64,000 nt of DNA. It comes from Podarcis pityusensis. Its lineage: Eukaryota. The notes under the pieces were generated by a model, which searched no databases, was not told the origin of the DNA, and worked only from the letters and a program-made list of their open reading frames with translations. The stretch is from assembly GCA_964106645.2 (NCBI GenBank), contig OZ067048.1. One strand, given 5' to 3'. Each line of letters opens with the position of its first letter. The first letter of the stretch is position 1. The position numbers and the translations under genes were made by a program. Of the stretch, positions 12,107 through 24,533 are shown piece after piece.

Positions 12107-14042
12107 AAAATAAGTTTCTAAAATAAGATTTATTAAAAGTCCAGGTGTTGCCAAATCCTGATACTGTGGCAGTGATTGGGAACTGAAGTTAGTTATAGAC
12201 ACCCAACGGTGAAGGAAGGAAAGGACATTCTGCACATGCTCAAAGGTAGTCCACTTTAACTGTAATTTCAGATGTACCACAGCTGAGCCCTACTACTAGC
12301 AATATGTTCCAATATCAAAATATTAATTAATGCTGACTTAAATTAAACTCTGCCTCTGAATAGTAGGGTAAGTAGTGTTGTAAAGCAATAAACTGGGAAT
12401 ACCCAGAAAGGTGCCTTTTCCTTTCTTACCTTCCTGAAGATAAGAGTCAGAAATTGGAACACCTCCCCAATTGATTGTATTGATTGCTGAAGCTATTGAG
12501 TTTAGAAATGTGACCAAAGGTAATCAACTTCAGTAATTTGCACTGTGGCACAATCTGTCACATGTAAACAGAAAAGTAGCCCTCTCAGTACCATGAAGTC
12601 ACAAATAAGTCTAGTAGTGTCAGTATTGAGAATTTTTTGAGCTGTGGAGGGTAGATTAGAGGAAGGAATTATTGTGGTTTCTTACTACTTTGGTTGTATT
12701 CATTGCTTGCGGTGTACGGGATGAAGCAAGGTAATATATATGCCCTTAAGCCTGGGCTTTTCCCAGATGTTTGTATTGTGCACAAATAACCCAAGTGGAA
12801 ATACACCAGTGCTAATTCTCTGGCCAGAATGCATCAGGGCCTTAATCTAAAGCTTCCCATCCATCCAGCTGTCTGGCATTTGCTATTATAGGGCACCCAG
12901 AGAGAAATGAGGCTTTATAGCTGCACCCTGGGTGACAACTTGATTTTCTGCTTTCACCATCAGCAGCAGCCGCCCAACATGATGGGGCTGTTAATTTGTG
13001 CATTTCATGGTGTCTGACAGGGGGGCCAAAGAGGAGGGTTACAGGAGAAGGGAATGGAGCATGTCCCAGCCTCGGAAGCACCTGTCTGCATTGATGGCAC
13101 AGAGCACTTCTTATTAGCGTGCAGGTCTCTAAATGCAGCCCTGGGATGACAGCCTGGCATTCCCAGCACCCACACAGTGTGACAGGCGCCGGCAGCCGGT
13201 CCCATTGTTTGCCCTTGATGAGCATGTCATTAATGGAAATGGAAGAAAGTGAGGGCCACATCAGTATTCAAATAGCCTCCATTCTCTCTGCCATTCATCT
13301 TGCCTGGCTGGGATGGGCTGCTGCAGATTTCCTTCAGTGGCTCCACTTGCACATTTTTACAGATTTATCCCTTGCATGGGAGGGGAGAAACCCTGTGTGT
13401 GCAGTTCGGTCTGGTTGTCCCAGGCACCCCTCCACAGGCATCCTCAAACACTGAGAACATATTTTCTGTACCTAAAAACAAAGTGGGAGCACGATCTCTT
13501 ACTCTCCTCCACTGTTGTGAATTATTATTGTTTAATTAGAGAATACTTGGTGGGCTATTCATTTGTCTAGGGGTGGCTGGTTTCTCTCCCTTGCCCTAGC
13601 CAAGATCCACAAGAACTTCAGGATTGCTTTTTGCAGCTGCATCTCCTTCCCCAGCAGCTCCCTCCCAAAAGCCTGCATCAGCGCTGTCCTTCCAACATTG
13701 ATGGGTACAATAGGAATCAAGATGGACTTAGTTAGCTGCTGTTGTGCTCAGCTCAGCTCAGTTTTGCAGACTATGCCCCACTGTGTTGATCAGGCTTGTT
13801 TTTAGTAACATATCCTTGAATACAGAAACTGCAGTTGCCCAGAGATCATATGGAATATCTCGTTCTGAGGGTTTTAAGAGATATGAGGTAGGAGTTTTCT
13901 GCCTACACAGACTTGTGCACCTTGAAATGTCAGTGTGCATACATGTGAGAATGTTTGGTTCGAATAGTTATTTACAAATGTTTAGATTAGATGCTACTGT
14001 GACATGAACCTGCCCCCAAACCCAACCTTTGATCTCTTTGAA

Positions 14043-14103
14043 CATACACACACAAACACACAAACACACATATCTATATCTTTATATCTATATATCTATA
14101 TAT
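14043..14103. repeat. Imperfect (CA)n/(TATC/TA)n microsatellite
   Basis: Direct reading. Confidence 0.85.
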
Positions 14104-14108
14104 CAGTA

Positions 14109-14334
14109 CAGTGGTACCTTGGGTTAAGAACTTAATTCGTTCCGGAGGTCCGTTCTCAACCTGAAACTGTTCTTAACCTGAAGCACCACTTTAGCTAATG
14201 GGGCTTCCCACTGCTGCCGCGCCGCCGGAGCATGATTTCTGTTCTCACCCTGAAGCAAAGTTCTTAACCCAAGATACTATTTCTGGGTTAGTGGAGTCTG
14301 TAACCTGAAGCGCCTGTAACCCGAGGTACCACTG
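14109..14334 (+). mobile_element. Tc1/mariner (Tigger/pogo-type) MITE, copy 1
   Basis: TIRs cagtggtacc(t)tgggtta / taacccgaggtaccactg, with TA duplication at 14107-14108 and 14335-14336. Confidence 0.93.
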
Positions 14335-14344
14335 TAGTTGGGGG

Positions 14345-14455
14345 GCTCAAGTGGGGAGAGTGTTGCTGCACCAAGGAACTATTTTTGGGCTTCCCATAGG
14401 CAGCTGGTTAGCCACTGCAAGAACAGGTTACTGGGCTATATGGGCCACCAGGGAT
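14345..14455 (+). mobile_element. CR1 3' UTR fragment (degenerate)
   Basis: gggcttcccataggcagctggttagccactgcaagaacagg resembles the same segment in the CR1 at 27170-27478. Confidence 0.5.
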
Positions 14456-14639
14456 CTAATTATGTTGATAGTGGTTTTACTATTATTGTTAGCCACCCTA
14501 AAGGTACTGTGAGCAGGGGCAGATGAGTGGGATATAATTTTAAAATAAAATAAAATAACAAAGTACTAAAATAATGTTACATTATGCCCTCCTTTCAGTT
14601 TGGAAAAAATATATGCGTATTCAAGACGAGAGCTTGAGA

Positions 14640-15065
14640 GAGTGGGGCTTCCCTTGAAAACTGTCTGCAAGTTTGCAGCTAGTGCAGAATGTGAATGCTG
14701 GAGTGCTGAACTATGTATCAAACTAGAGACAAAAATGCTAATTCTCCAGGATCTGCACTGGCTGTCTATATGCTACTATGCCCTAATGCTGACATAGGAA
14801 ATTGCTCAACTGCGGGAGCCTCAAATACTTAAAGGAGAACCTCTCTTTTTATCTGTCTGCCCAGACTTTGCAATCTGCAGGGGACACCCTTCTTGCCACC
14901 CTGCCAATGGGTATGACCAGTCAGGCACTGACTCAATATGGGATCTGCGGTGCTGCCACAAAGAAGGCCCCCTCTTTGGAGGTATGTCAATCAGTCTCAT
15001 TACTGAGTCTTTCTTGTCAACTCAAGATGCACCTATTCACCAAGGCCTTTTTTGGTGATATGGAT
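14640..15065 (+). mobile_element. L2 LINE 3' fragment
   Basis: Peptide remnants VGLPLKTV.K.QLVQN, ILQDLHWL.I and LK.HLFTKAF are typical of the L2 ORF2 C-terminus. Confidence 0.8.
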
Positions 15066-15114
15066 GTTGGTGGATGGGTCATCTGTATATTCATATTATT
15101 AGTTTAATGGTTAA

Positions 15115-15228
15115 TGGTGCCCTCTATATATTGTTGGACTACAGCTCCCATCACCCCTGATGACAAGCCATGCTGGCTGAGGCAAATGGGAGTTGGAGTG
15201 GCTACCACTGTACGTTGGCTATCCCTGT
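15115..15228. mobile_element. Short palindromic hAT-type MITE
   Basis: ggactacagctcccatcacccctg..atgctggctgagg..atgggagttggagt core, ending in tatccctg. Confidence 0.65.
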
Positions 15229-17419
15229 ATTAAAGGTTCTCAACTTTTCTTAACCTGATCCAGATTCTGCCCAGTACTCCAGAGCTCTGATTCTTGTTGT
15301 CTGCTGTGTGTGACTAGTCTAGTATTGGAAAGAATAAAAAGTAAAAAGAAAGAGGCAGAACTGTTGTGCTTATTTATGCAGCAAGCCTCACTGCCCTTAT
15401 ACAGTACTTCTAAAAGGAGGGGAAGGAGGAGTTCTATTCACCCAGCTCTCCCATTCATTCATTCATATTGTTTAAGGCTTACTGTGCACAATCTTTCATT
15501 TCTCCATTAATTAATGGTGAAAATAGATATAGCCAGAAAAATGGCCAACGTAAGCAGTGCATTAATTTATTTTTAATAAATAGGGAATGCCTCATCAGGG
15601 GGAAATGCAAAAGCTTGAAGTATCTCTTCATGCTCTGGTTTCTATTCTTAATCTGCCCTACATGGTCGCTCGCTATTCTCCCTTTCTCTTTAAGGCTCCC
15701 ACAATCAATTTATTATGACATTTAACAAAATATTGTAGATAAGGGCAGGGAGGAGGGAGTACTTTGGAGAAGGTATTCAGGTTGAACAGCCAGAAAGGAA
15801 AGGAAGGAGAAACAGTCAGGACAAACACCAGTCTAATTGATCTTGTTTATTACATAAAATTGGCTGGAGCCAAAGAGCAGGAAAAGGCACTCACCTCTCT
15901 ATTCTAAGCATTTGTGGCCTACGCTAAAAAGAAAGAGGTAAAATCAGCTCTCCTGAAGGCCCAGGGCATTACCGGAACATAAAAATAATTAGTTGCAGAG
16001 AAACAAAACTGCGTGAATTGTGTGAATTGTGAAGTGTTTTGCTGGGATTCCAGGAATGGCTGTTCTAATGAGGCCCCACACTTCACATTACGCCCCTGGT
16101 TTCTAAAAGCAGGTCTTCCCCTATTAAACCCAGACAAAACAAACAAACAAACCGCTTTTAATGTGGTATTTCATTTACATTCAGTGCTTTGTTCTCAAGC
16201 ACCTAGGTTCCAATAAGTGCATGTAATGTTAGTAAACTGCAACAATTCAGACCCCCCCCCCACAGCCCACATAAAGACACCAAAGAGGATAAAGAGAGGA
16301 ATTGCAAGTTACAAAACAATTGTCCCAGTGGTTTTGAACCTAAACTAAATAAGCAGGATGTAGGAGATAATTTGCATTTGCAAGGTAGAATCAGTGAACA
16401 AGAACGGCTAAGTAGCCTTACTCCCTGTTTTCCTACACACATTTCCCCCCAACATTAATGGTACCTTTGCCAACAGAGTTTGTTTGAGGAGCATGCATTC
16501 AAATTTGGGTTTCTTTCCTATGGCAGCATCTGCCCTTCTCCCATTATGCAGCCTGCACCATTAGAAGTTATTCTAATTAACAATACACTGCTTCCATTAT
16601 CCCTGAAATGATTTCCCGTAATTTTAAAAATGAGTTTGTGACAACATTACGTCAAATGTCGGGTGGATTCAACTTTTCTCTTCAAGAATCTGCTTTCAGC
16701 TTGATTTCAGACTTTAAAGAACACAAGGGCCCTGCTGGATCAGACCCAAAGCCCTTCACCATGGACTCCAGATACAGGAGGCATTTCAAGCTCAAAAAAC
16801 AAAGAATACGATGCATCACCAGCAACAAGCTGCCCCTTTCCTGATTACAAATCAGCTGTGTTATTTTTAGGCTCTGTGAATTAGCTGTGTACTGTTGGAT
16901 TCTACTTCTCAAATGATCAATGAGGGTAGTTGTAATCCAGTAAAACCCAGAGAGCCACAGGTTAGCTATCCCTGCTGTATGGATAACCCCCCCCCACACA
17001 CACACCCCTTCCTTCTTTGCCCTTGGAGTAAGAGAAACCCTGGTGCACGACTGCATGAAGAGCTCTACCAGAGATCTGTATAAAACCTTATTAATAAACT
17101 CGTCAAGTTACCAACTTCTGAATTCCATAGTCAAGCTTCAACAGACAATATACTTCTTTTTCTAAAAAGACTGACATTTCAGATGCAGTGCTGAGCATCT
17201 GCAGCTGAAAGAGCTTGCAGGGCAAGTGGCACGTGCTTGTGTGAGAGAGTATGAGACCTGCCAAGTACAAAATATATTTCTATTAATGGAAATGTTTCTG
17301 CAATAGAGAGGTTATTATGAAAAAAACTATAATCCTGTCAGTATCATGTAAAAACATGTTTTCGATAACCAATGTATTGGTTCCAGTTCAGATTGAAATT
17401 ACTGACACTGACGCCTACC

Positions 17420-17551
17420 TAGTGATGTGAGATGAGAATATTCTCTACAAACTGTAAGTTCTGTGTCCTCTACACAGCTGCTTTAAATGTACACACCTCA
17501 TTAATCGAGAATATTCTCCAAAAGATTATTCTCGAGAATTTAACATCACTA
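17420..17551. mobile_element. 132-bp putative hAT-like MITE with TAGTGATGT termini
   Basis: Perfect 9-bp inverted ends tagtgatgt (17420-17428) / acatcacta (17543-17551) and internal GAGAAT/ATTCTC repeats. No clear 8-bp TSD. Confidence 0.55.
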
Positions 17552-18519
17552 CTTTGACTAAATGAAGATGTACTCCCAAGTTCTATTCTGAGGGGGATAT
17601 TTCAACAGCAGAAAGGATAATATGCTGCTTTAGAGAATCTCCTCAGTTTCCAAAGTGGTTTGCCAAACAGTATGAAGACAGTGGGAGAAAGAACTCAAGC
17701 CCCAAAAGCTCTGGACAGCCAGAGCTACTTAAATGGCACTTTGTATCGTAGCCCTTTTTGTAGGTGGAACATACCCTGAGCAAGTCTTGATGCCACAGGA
17801 AAACAATTATTGAAGTACTCAGGAGTAGATCTAAATTGATATCAATCAGATTATTTTTCTCAACACAGTATCTCCCCCCCCCTTTTTTTTCTTTCTGCAG
17901 TGAGAGAATGAAAGACATGCAACTGTTTCCATGACAGAAATCACACTTTCATTCCTATTTGCCAGGGCCATGAATGGAATGAAGATTCTATTACTTGAAA
18001 GCAATGAAAATATGTATTATTTTCCTGCATCCATCATTTATGCCACAGAACAGATCCAGAGCAGAAACTCCTGTTTAAATCTCTATCTCTTCTGTCAAAA
18101 CAGCCACATTTTGAATACAGGTGTGCCTTTAATGTCATTGTGCACCACATAAAGTTGCATTTTCATTGACTTGAGGGAGTGCTAAGATTAATAGCTGCCA
18201 AAATCAGGATGCCATTATGATATTTTGTATTCTAATGGGAAAGGAAAGCAGTATTTGCTTTCTATTCTAGAGCCGGAGTATCAAATGTGCAGGAAATAAT
18301 CTAGTGCATTACTGTACTCTGAAATAAATTGAAGCCCTTACCAGACAATTAAAAACAATAATCTTGATTTTACTTTTAGTGCTATGCCATTACCAGCCCT
18401 AAGATAATACCAGTGGTGTGAGACTTCAGAAAGTATCAAGTCATTGTGAAATGTAGCCTAATTTTTAAATCTATCAGATATAAACAACAACAAATACTTA
18501 GCAACTGTATAACAATTCA

Positions 18520-18710
18520 AATCATTTCACATACAATAGCTTGTAATTATTACAAGAGCCTTGTAAGCTAAATGCATGGTATTACCCCCATTTTGCAGAT
18601 GAGAGCAGAAGTTAAGAAGATTGCCTAAGGCTACCAAGTGAATTCATGGTAGAGAAGAGATTCAAACTGGGAGCTTTCTGCTTTCCTGCTCAGTCTTTTA
18701 GCCACTATGA
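18520..18710 (-). mobile_element. MIR-like CORE SINE
   Basis: attacccccattttgcagatgag..ttgcctaaggctacc..gattcaaactggg is the reverse of the CORE domain and tRNA B-box. Confidence 0.75.
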
Positions 18711-21700
18711 AGATTCATATTTAAGGAACACCAAAACTTACCATATTTAAAAAATGCAAAAATAAAATGAAAAGCTCACCAGATCAGCCTCTCAGGATAT
18801 AAAACATTTTAACATTTAAAGGGCTTTTAAGTGGTGCTGTGGGATTTCCTTGCTCTCTCGAATGATATCAGTAACAGCATCCAGAAAGGGACGCATGGCA
18901 TGCACTATTGGAACAAGTGCACTTAATTGTGAGGAAGAAATTTCACATCACCAACAGTGAAACTAAAAGGCCATTTTGACTGTAGAGACTGTGGGCATTC
19001 TGCTCTTTATGATGGGCAAGCTGCCAATATAACAACTACTTTCCTGTCACATGGTAAGGAGCTATGGTCAGAGCAGCAGGCAGCGTGGGACAGGGATTCC
19101 TGGGGGGGCGGCCCTAAAAATTGTGCACCCGGGGTTCCAGCCACCCTCTCCCCCGCTTCACCCCGGCATACACATGTTCTCCAAGCCCCCCCCCGACTCA
19201 TAATCTTTCACTCTATTCAGTTCATTAAAATACACATAATGCCTGTTGCTAAGCCAGCTCAGCCAAATGCTGTGCTGGCTGGGGTCCTCGGGTAGTGGGC
19301 CATGGTGGAAACAGTGGGCTCTTGGGCCTACTGTCAGGGGCAAGGTGGATGTAGACACTGGTTAACCCAACCAGGGATTTTGAGGAGGAGCTCCACATCA
19401 CCCTCCATAACCAGGAGGTCCATTCCCACTCAACAAAGTCCACGACAAGCCTGCCCCTCCAGACACTAGCGAAGGAACGGGGTGCAGTGGGTGTGGCCTG
19501 ACCCAGGGTGACTGCTGCCCCGCCCCCCCGGGATGCTCGCCGCAGGCGGCACCCTCCTGGGGTGCCGGAGCAGCTAGCTCCGCCTCTGCCTCCAGAGCGG
19601 CTATCCTGCTGATGTGTGCTTGAATTTCTCACTCTTCTTCTTCTTGGAGGCAATATAGGTGATATATATATGTATTTGCTTTGTGGCGAGGAAATAAAGC
19701 AGTTCTGGTATGTTTCCAGGACTGTCACATCTTGATTATTGAGCTGGCATTTAGGAATGCAACAGGTCATGCTTCCCAGCCCCCATACACATCAAGCATC
19801 TTCCATGTAAAAGAGTGAGTCTTTTCCTCCTTTCCAGAATAACCTATAATTTACAACCCACTAGAGCTGAAAATTGGTGTCCCAACATCTAGAGGGTACC
19901 CTGCTGTACAGGTTCATTCTCCACTCACAAACACATTTTTAATACATATATATTATTATAGTTATATCCTGTCTTTCTATGATTACAAACCAAACAGTGG
20001 AAACCTATTCTACAGCGGAATTTTCCAGTTTTATTTGGACATCCATGTCCTAGCTCTAGGGGCAGAGAGGAGATACAATAGAAAAATGCACAGTCAGGAT
20101 TAAAATGTATTAAAGGCCTATGCTTAAAATTTGAACCCAATGAAAAGCAACTAGAAGCTGAACTAAACAGGCCTTTCACTGAAAATGTGGACTTTGGGGA
20201 GGGCATCTACCCTTTCTCCAACAAGGGATTCATAAGAGGATTCTGCATTCCCTTCACAGAGGCTTCCTGAGAAGGTAGCAGCATATAAGCAGGGAAAGTT
20301 CCTTCTCTTTGAGGAAAATAGGATGGGGTAGTAAGGTAGTGGGGAGAGAGAAAGAGAGAGATCAGGAGAAGTAAGATGAACATATAACTTGGCCCCTAGG
20401 GATTCTCCCTGCTTCCCTCTTCACTTCAACTCTATGTCCAAATGTTTAAAACTTACAAAAGAATTTTGGCAAGGCAGCCAAAAGAAAGTGTCCCTATGTG
20501 CCCCACTGCCCCTACTTGATGTATGGATGGACTATTCAAAGGAACCCTCTTAGTAAATCACAGTGGATAATGCGTTGCATGTATCCCATGATTCCATAAC
20601 TGCAGCAGGCTTAGTGTTGAAACCATTGAAACTATGGTTGTGTACACATCACCGGCTTAAAACACAGGTCATTATTTTTCTAAATCTGGATTGATTGGTC
20701 CTATGTAGGCCCAGCCTTAATGCAAAATATTAGCTTTTCTAATGCATTGTATGCCTAGCCTTGGCCATTGGGGGCAGCAAGAGAGGGGAGATAGCTCTTG
20801 ACAGAAACCAATTCTATGTTAATAGTAAAAACCTGCTTCTGACTAGAGTTGCTACGAGAAGAGATAAATATCCCTTTGTTGGCATGCAGAACAGCTGTGA
20901 TTTAGCCCATCTCCTCACCCAACAAGCAAGCAAATGATCTATTTTGAATTAATTGCTCCAAGATAGTGTGCTAGTCTGCAAAACATATCCTGGTTCCTGC
21001 CAGCTTAACATATCAGGGTGGAGATTCAGAACGCTATTATTGCAGCAGAATATTATTTAGGTTTTATGACAAGGAGTTAGGGTCAAGATGAAAACTTTTC
21101 AGATTTACATTTTTATCCTGCACTGACCTTTTAGCTCCATTCCTTAATTGAGCAAGGCATGCTAAAGAAAGTGATTATTATGAGGCGGCCACATCCCCAG
21201 GGTGTTATGAGGTACCAGGCACAGTTAAACTATCTCAAGACAACCATGTTCTCTAGAGTTGCTTTATTGCTATTATAAAAAATCTTTATATGGTGAAAAA
21301 TTTGTATTTTTATGCTGGAAGAAGATGAAGATGACAGTTTAGACTTTGAACGGTAGTTTCCGTTTGAGCTTTGTGCCCACAGAGATTGTAAAACATCTAA
21401 GACTGGGGCGGCCACTTGATTGGCTTCTTAGGATTCTAAAGGGGTAAATTAATCTCTGTGAAATTCATAGTTGGAACATTCTGCCATTAACTGGCACTTT
21501 CCAGTTATCAAGGTACTTTATGAAACTGAAAAAGTCCTATTACAGTTGCTAAATAGGCAACTTTGGGGGTGTGGTTCTCATGAAACCATCACTTCTCTAG
21601 GGTAGCTAATCTTGACTGTGCTTTGTGCTAGTTAAAGACACAATGGCAGCCTCCTTGTCAAATAACCTTATGCCATGTTGAATCATATTCCTAAAAAGGA

Positions 21701-22079
21701 TTGTAGTTTGTATGGTGCGGGCACCTAGAACTCTGGTTGTGTTTGGAAAGACTTCAACACCTTCCGAGTATTTGATCAAGGACACTGCAACATGTTGCTA
21801 ATGGTACCTCCATCTGAATTCTCCACCACCACATTTACCTAATATTTTGAAAACCTATTTCCATGATTCAAATCTGGTGCTGTGAAGCACCAGTCAGGAG
21901 CTTTGACACTTCCAATGGAGCTGTTCTGAATGATGTATCTATCAATAGCTTTTGGTTGTACACAATGCCCAAAACTTGCATCTGAATCACTTAAAGCAAA
22001 GAGAGTTCCAGGGTATCTTTAATATATACATGATGCTCTTTTACATATACACATATACTGTCCCTTAGCTGAATTACAC

Positions 22080-22162
22080 TTGTGGCCCTTCGGAGTCAGA
22101 GCCAATGGTTGGGGTGATGTAAGTTCAACAACATCTGGAGGGCCACAAGTTCCCCATCCCTG
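22080..22162. mobile_element. Short hAT-type MITE (internally deleted)
   Basis: tgtggccct..caacaacatctggagggccacaagttccccatccctg. Confidence 0.65.
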
Positions 22163-23472
22163 GTTTAATCAGGCATTTGTTTTCAGCTTCAGTCTACATG
22201 ATCAGTGCATGTCCTCGGCAACAACTATGACCCCAAGATGGGCTTTCCCCACCATGTCTGCCACACCACAGACTGCAGCAGAGAGTATTAGAGAAAAGTG
22301 AATGCATTTCCTTTTTACTAAACTTCTAGCTAATACTACACAATGTTTGCGTAGCCTCTGTCTAGTTAACTCTTCCCCTAAGAACAGACCCATTTTGTTT
22401 GTTTCTCTTTCTCCCAACTTGTTGAGACAAGATCTCTGCTATTTTCTCTGTCTCATCTGCACTCATCCTGTAAATAATTCCTGCATGAATAAAACCTTTG
22501 AACTCCAGAAACTGTAAGTGATTTTTCCAATCTAATTCACCCTAGCTGCAAGGTCTGCCAACAATGAGTGCTTTCAGTTGAATTATATCTCAGCGTTTCC
22601 CATCTATACTAATGAGGGTGGTTGGCTGCACTTGCAATGTGGGTTGTTGCTCCCTTCTCTTAAATTCCTTACCCTTCATAACTTCTGAAAAACTAAGGCC
22701 CACTGTAGGCATGTATGCAGGCATTTTTTACCCGTGTGCTCAGCCTATTATTATTTCTGAGATATAGCAGACTTGCATAAAAGAAGTGCCTGGATCCACA
22801 AACAACCCACTGAGGAGTGCCTTGCCAACAAAAGTAGGGGTGCAATGATAGACGGTACCCAGCAAAACAACACTACACACGTTTTTTTTTAAAGTCACCT
22901 ACCTATACAATGCAGTCCAGTACATCCAAAGTTGGGTAACATGCAATTTTATGTTGTTGTTTTCCTTACCGCATTATCTGCAGATGCAGAAAATCCAAAT
23001 TAAAAACAGGAACAGTCCAGGCTACCATTTGAAAGAAAACAGCATCATGTGGATGACATATAAAATACATGCACACACTGGATAAATCAAATTCACTTTA
23101 AACTGCTGTATGTACAGTACCTCAGTCTCTCCTGTTAGTAAATGCTGTCTCTGGGAAGTATAAGGCCTGCTTCTGCATAACTAGATAATATCTACATTGG
23201 TATAATTCTGCTTAGCTACACTTTATGCAACTTTTGCTTTTTACACCATGTATGTACTGATCAGCTAACTGTCCAGTCAGATGTGTTTTAAGGCTAAAAA
23301 AAACCCATATACTACACTTCATATATTTATATTCCATGATTCAGTCTTCTATTTAATTACTTGCCTGGTCGCCCCAGATGACATGCAGGCAAGCACAGAA
23401 ACCGAGCATGCTTGCAGACAAGGGACTCATTCCTCCTCTGCCAGTCTACTTGTAAAAGGCAATTGTCAGTCG

Positions 23473-23474
23473 GA

Positions 23475-23522
<48 letters not shown>
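23473..23522. repeat. (GAAA)n microsatellite
   Basis: About 12 units. Confidence 0.97.
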
Positions 23523-23908
23523 CTATTAACTTTTCTAGTCTAATATACAAGGCTGTCTTATTTATTCCTGAATAGTCTGATTATCTATACTCTACAGCAC
23601 TATTGGAAAATGGTGATGAGTTTTAGTAGCTGAAGGCCGTACATGCTTATTTCAGTATACAAGACTAAGGTGCAAATGCAAGATAATCTTAAATTCTCTA
23701 CTTACCAAGAGACAATAAAAGCTAACTAGAGTACTCTTAATATTCCTATCCAATTGATAACTAACTTTCATATGAATCCAACTACAAATATCAGACCTGA
23801 ATAATTATACATTTAAAAGCAAAGAAAGAGTCAGGGTGTTTTTAATATATTAGCCTGACACAACCATCTTGGTTGAAATGCATTTGGTAGCTTGTTCCCT
23901 ACCATGTA

Positions 23909-24138
23909 CAGTGGTACCTCAGGTTACAGACGCTTCAGGTTACAGATGCTTCAGTTACAGACTCCGCTAACCCAGAAATAGTACCTTGGGTTAAGAACTT
24001 TGCTTCAGGATGAGAACAGAAATCGTGCGGTGGCAGCAGGAGGCCCCATTAGTTAAGGTGGTACCTCAGGTTAAGAACAGTTTCAGGTTGAGAACGGACC
24101 TCCAGAACGAATTAAGTTCATAACCCAAGGTACCACTG
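23909..24138 (-). mobile_element. Tigger-type MITE, copy 2 (opposite orientation to copy 1)
   Basis: TIRs cagtggtacctcaggtta / taacccaaggtaccactg, TA TSD at 23907-23908 and 24139-24140; interior is the reverse complement of 14109-14334. Confidence 0.93.
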
Positions 24139-24266
24139 TATTCATTTCTTCTGGCGGTTACATAGCCATTTTCAGATGTCCCTTGATCCTGCTACATCCT
24201 CCCCCCACCCCCGGGAAGCTGGGCTCAGGAGTCCTATCCATGATGGGACAGAATATTATACTGTGG

Positions 24267-24533
24267 NNNNNNNNNNNNNNNNNNNNNNNNNNNNNNNNNN
24301 NNNNNNNNNNNNNNNNNNNNNNNNNNNNNNNNNNNNNNNNNNNNNNNNNNNNNNNNNNNNNNNNNNNNNNNNNNNNNNNNNNNNNNNNNNNNNNNNNNNN
24401 NNNNNNNNNNNNNNNNNNNNNNNNNNNNNNNNNNNNNNNNNNNNNNNNNNNNNNNNNNNNNNNNNNNNNNNNNNNNNNNNNNNNNNNNNNNNNNNNNNNN
24501 NNNNNNNNNNNNNNNNNNNNNNNNNNNNNNNNN
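24267..24533. other. N-run, 267 nt
   Basis: Counted from sequence. Confidence 0.99.

Noticed and set aside
19249-19770. 173-aa minus-strand ORF
   Set aside because: Low-complexity product of a GC-rich patch, with no recognisable domain or exon structure.
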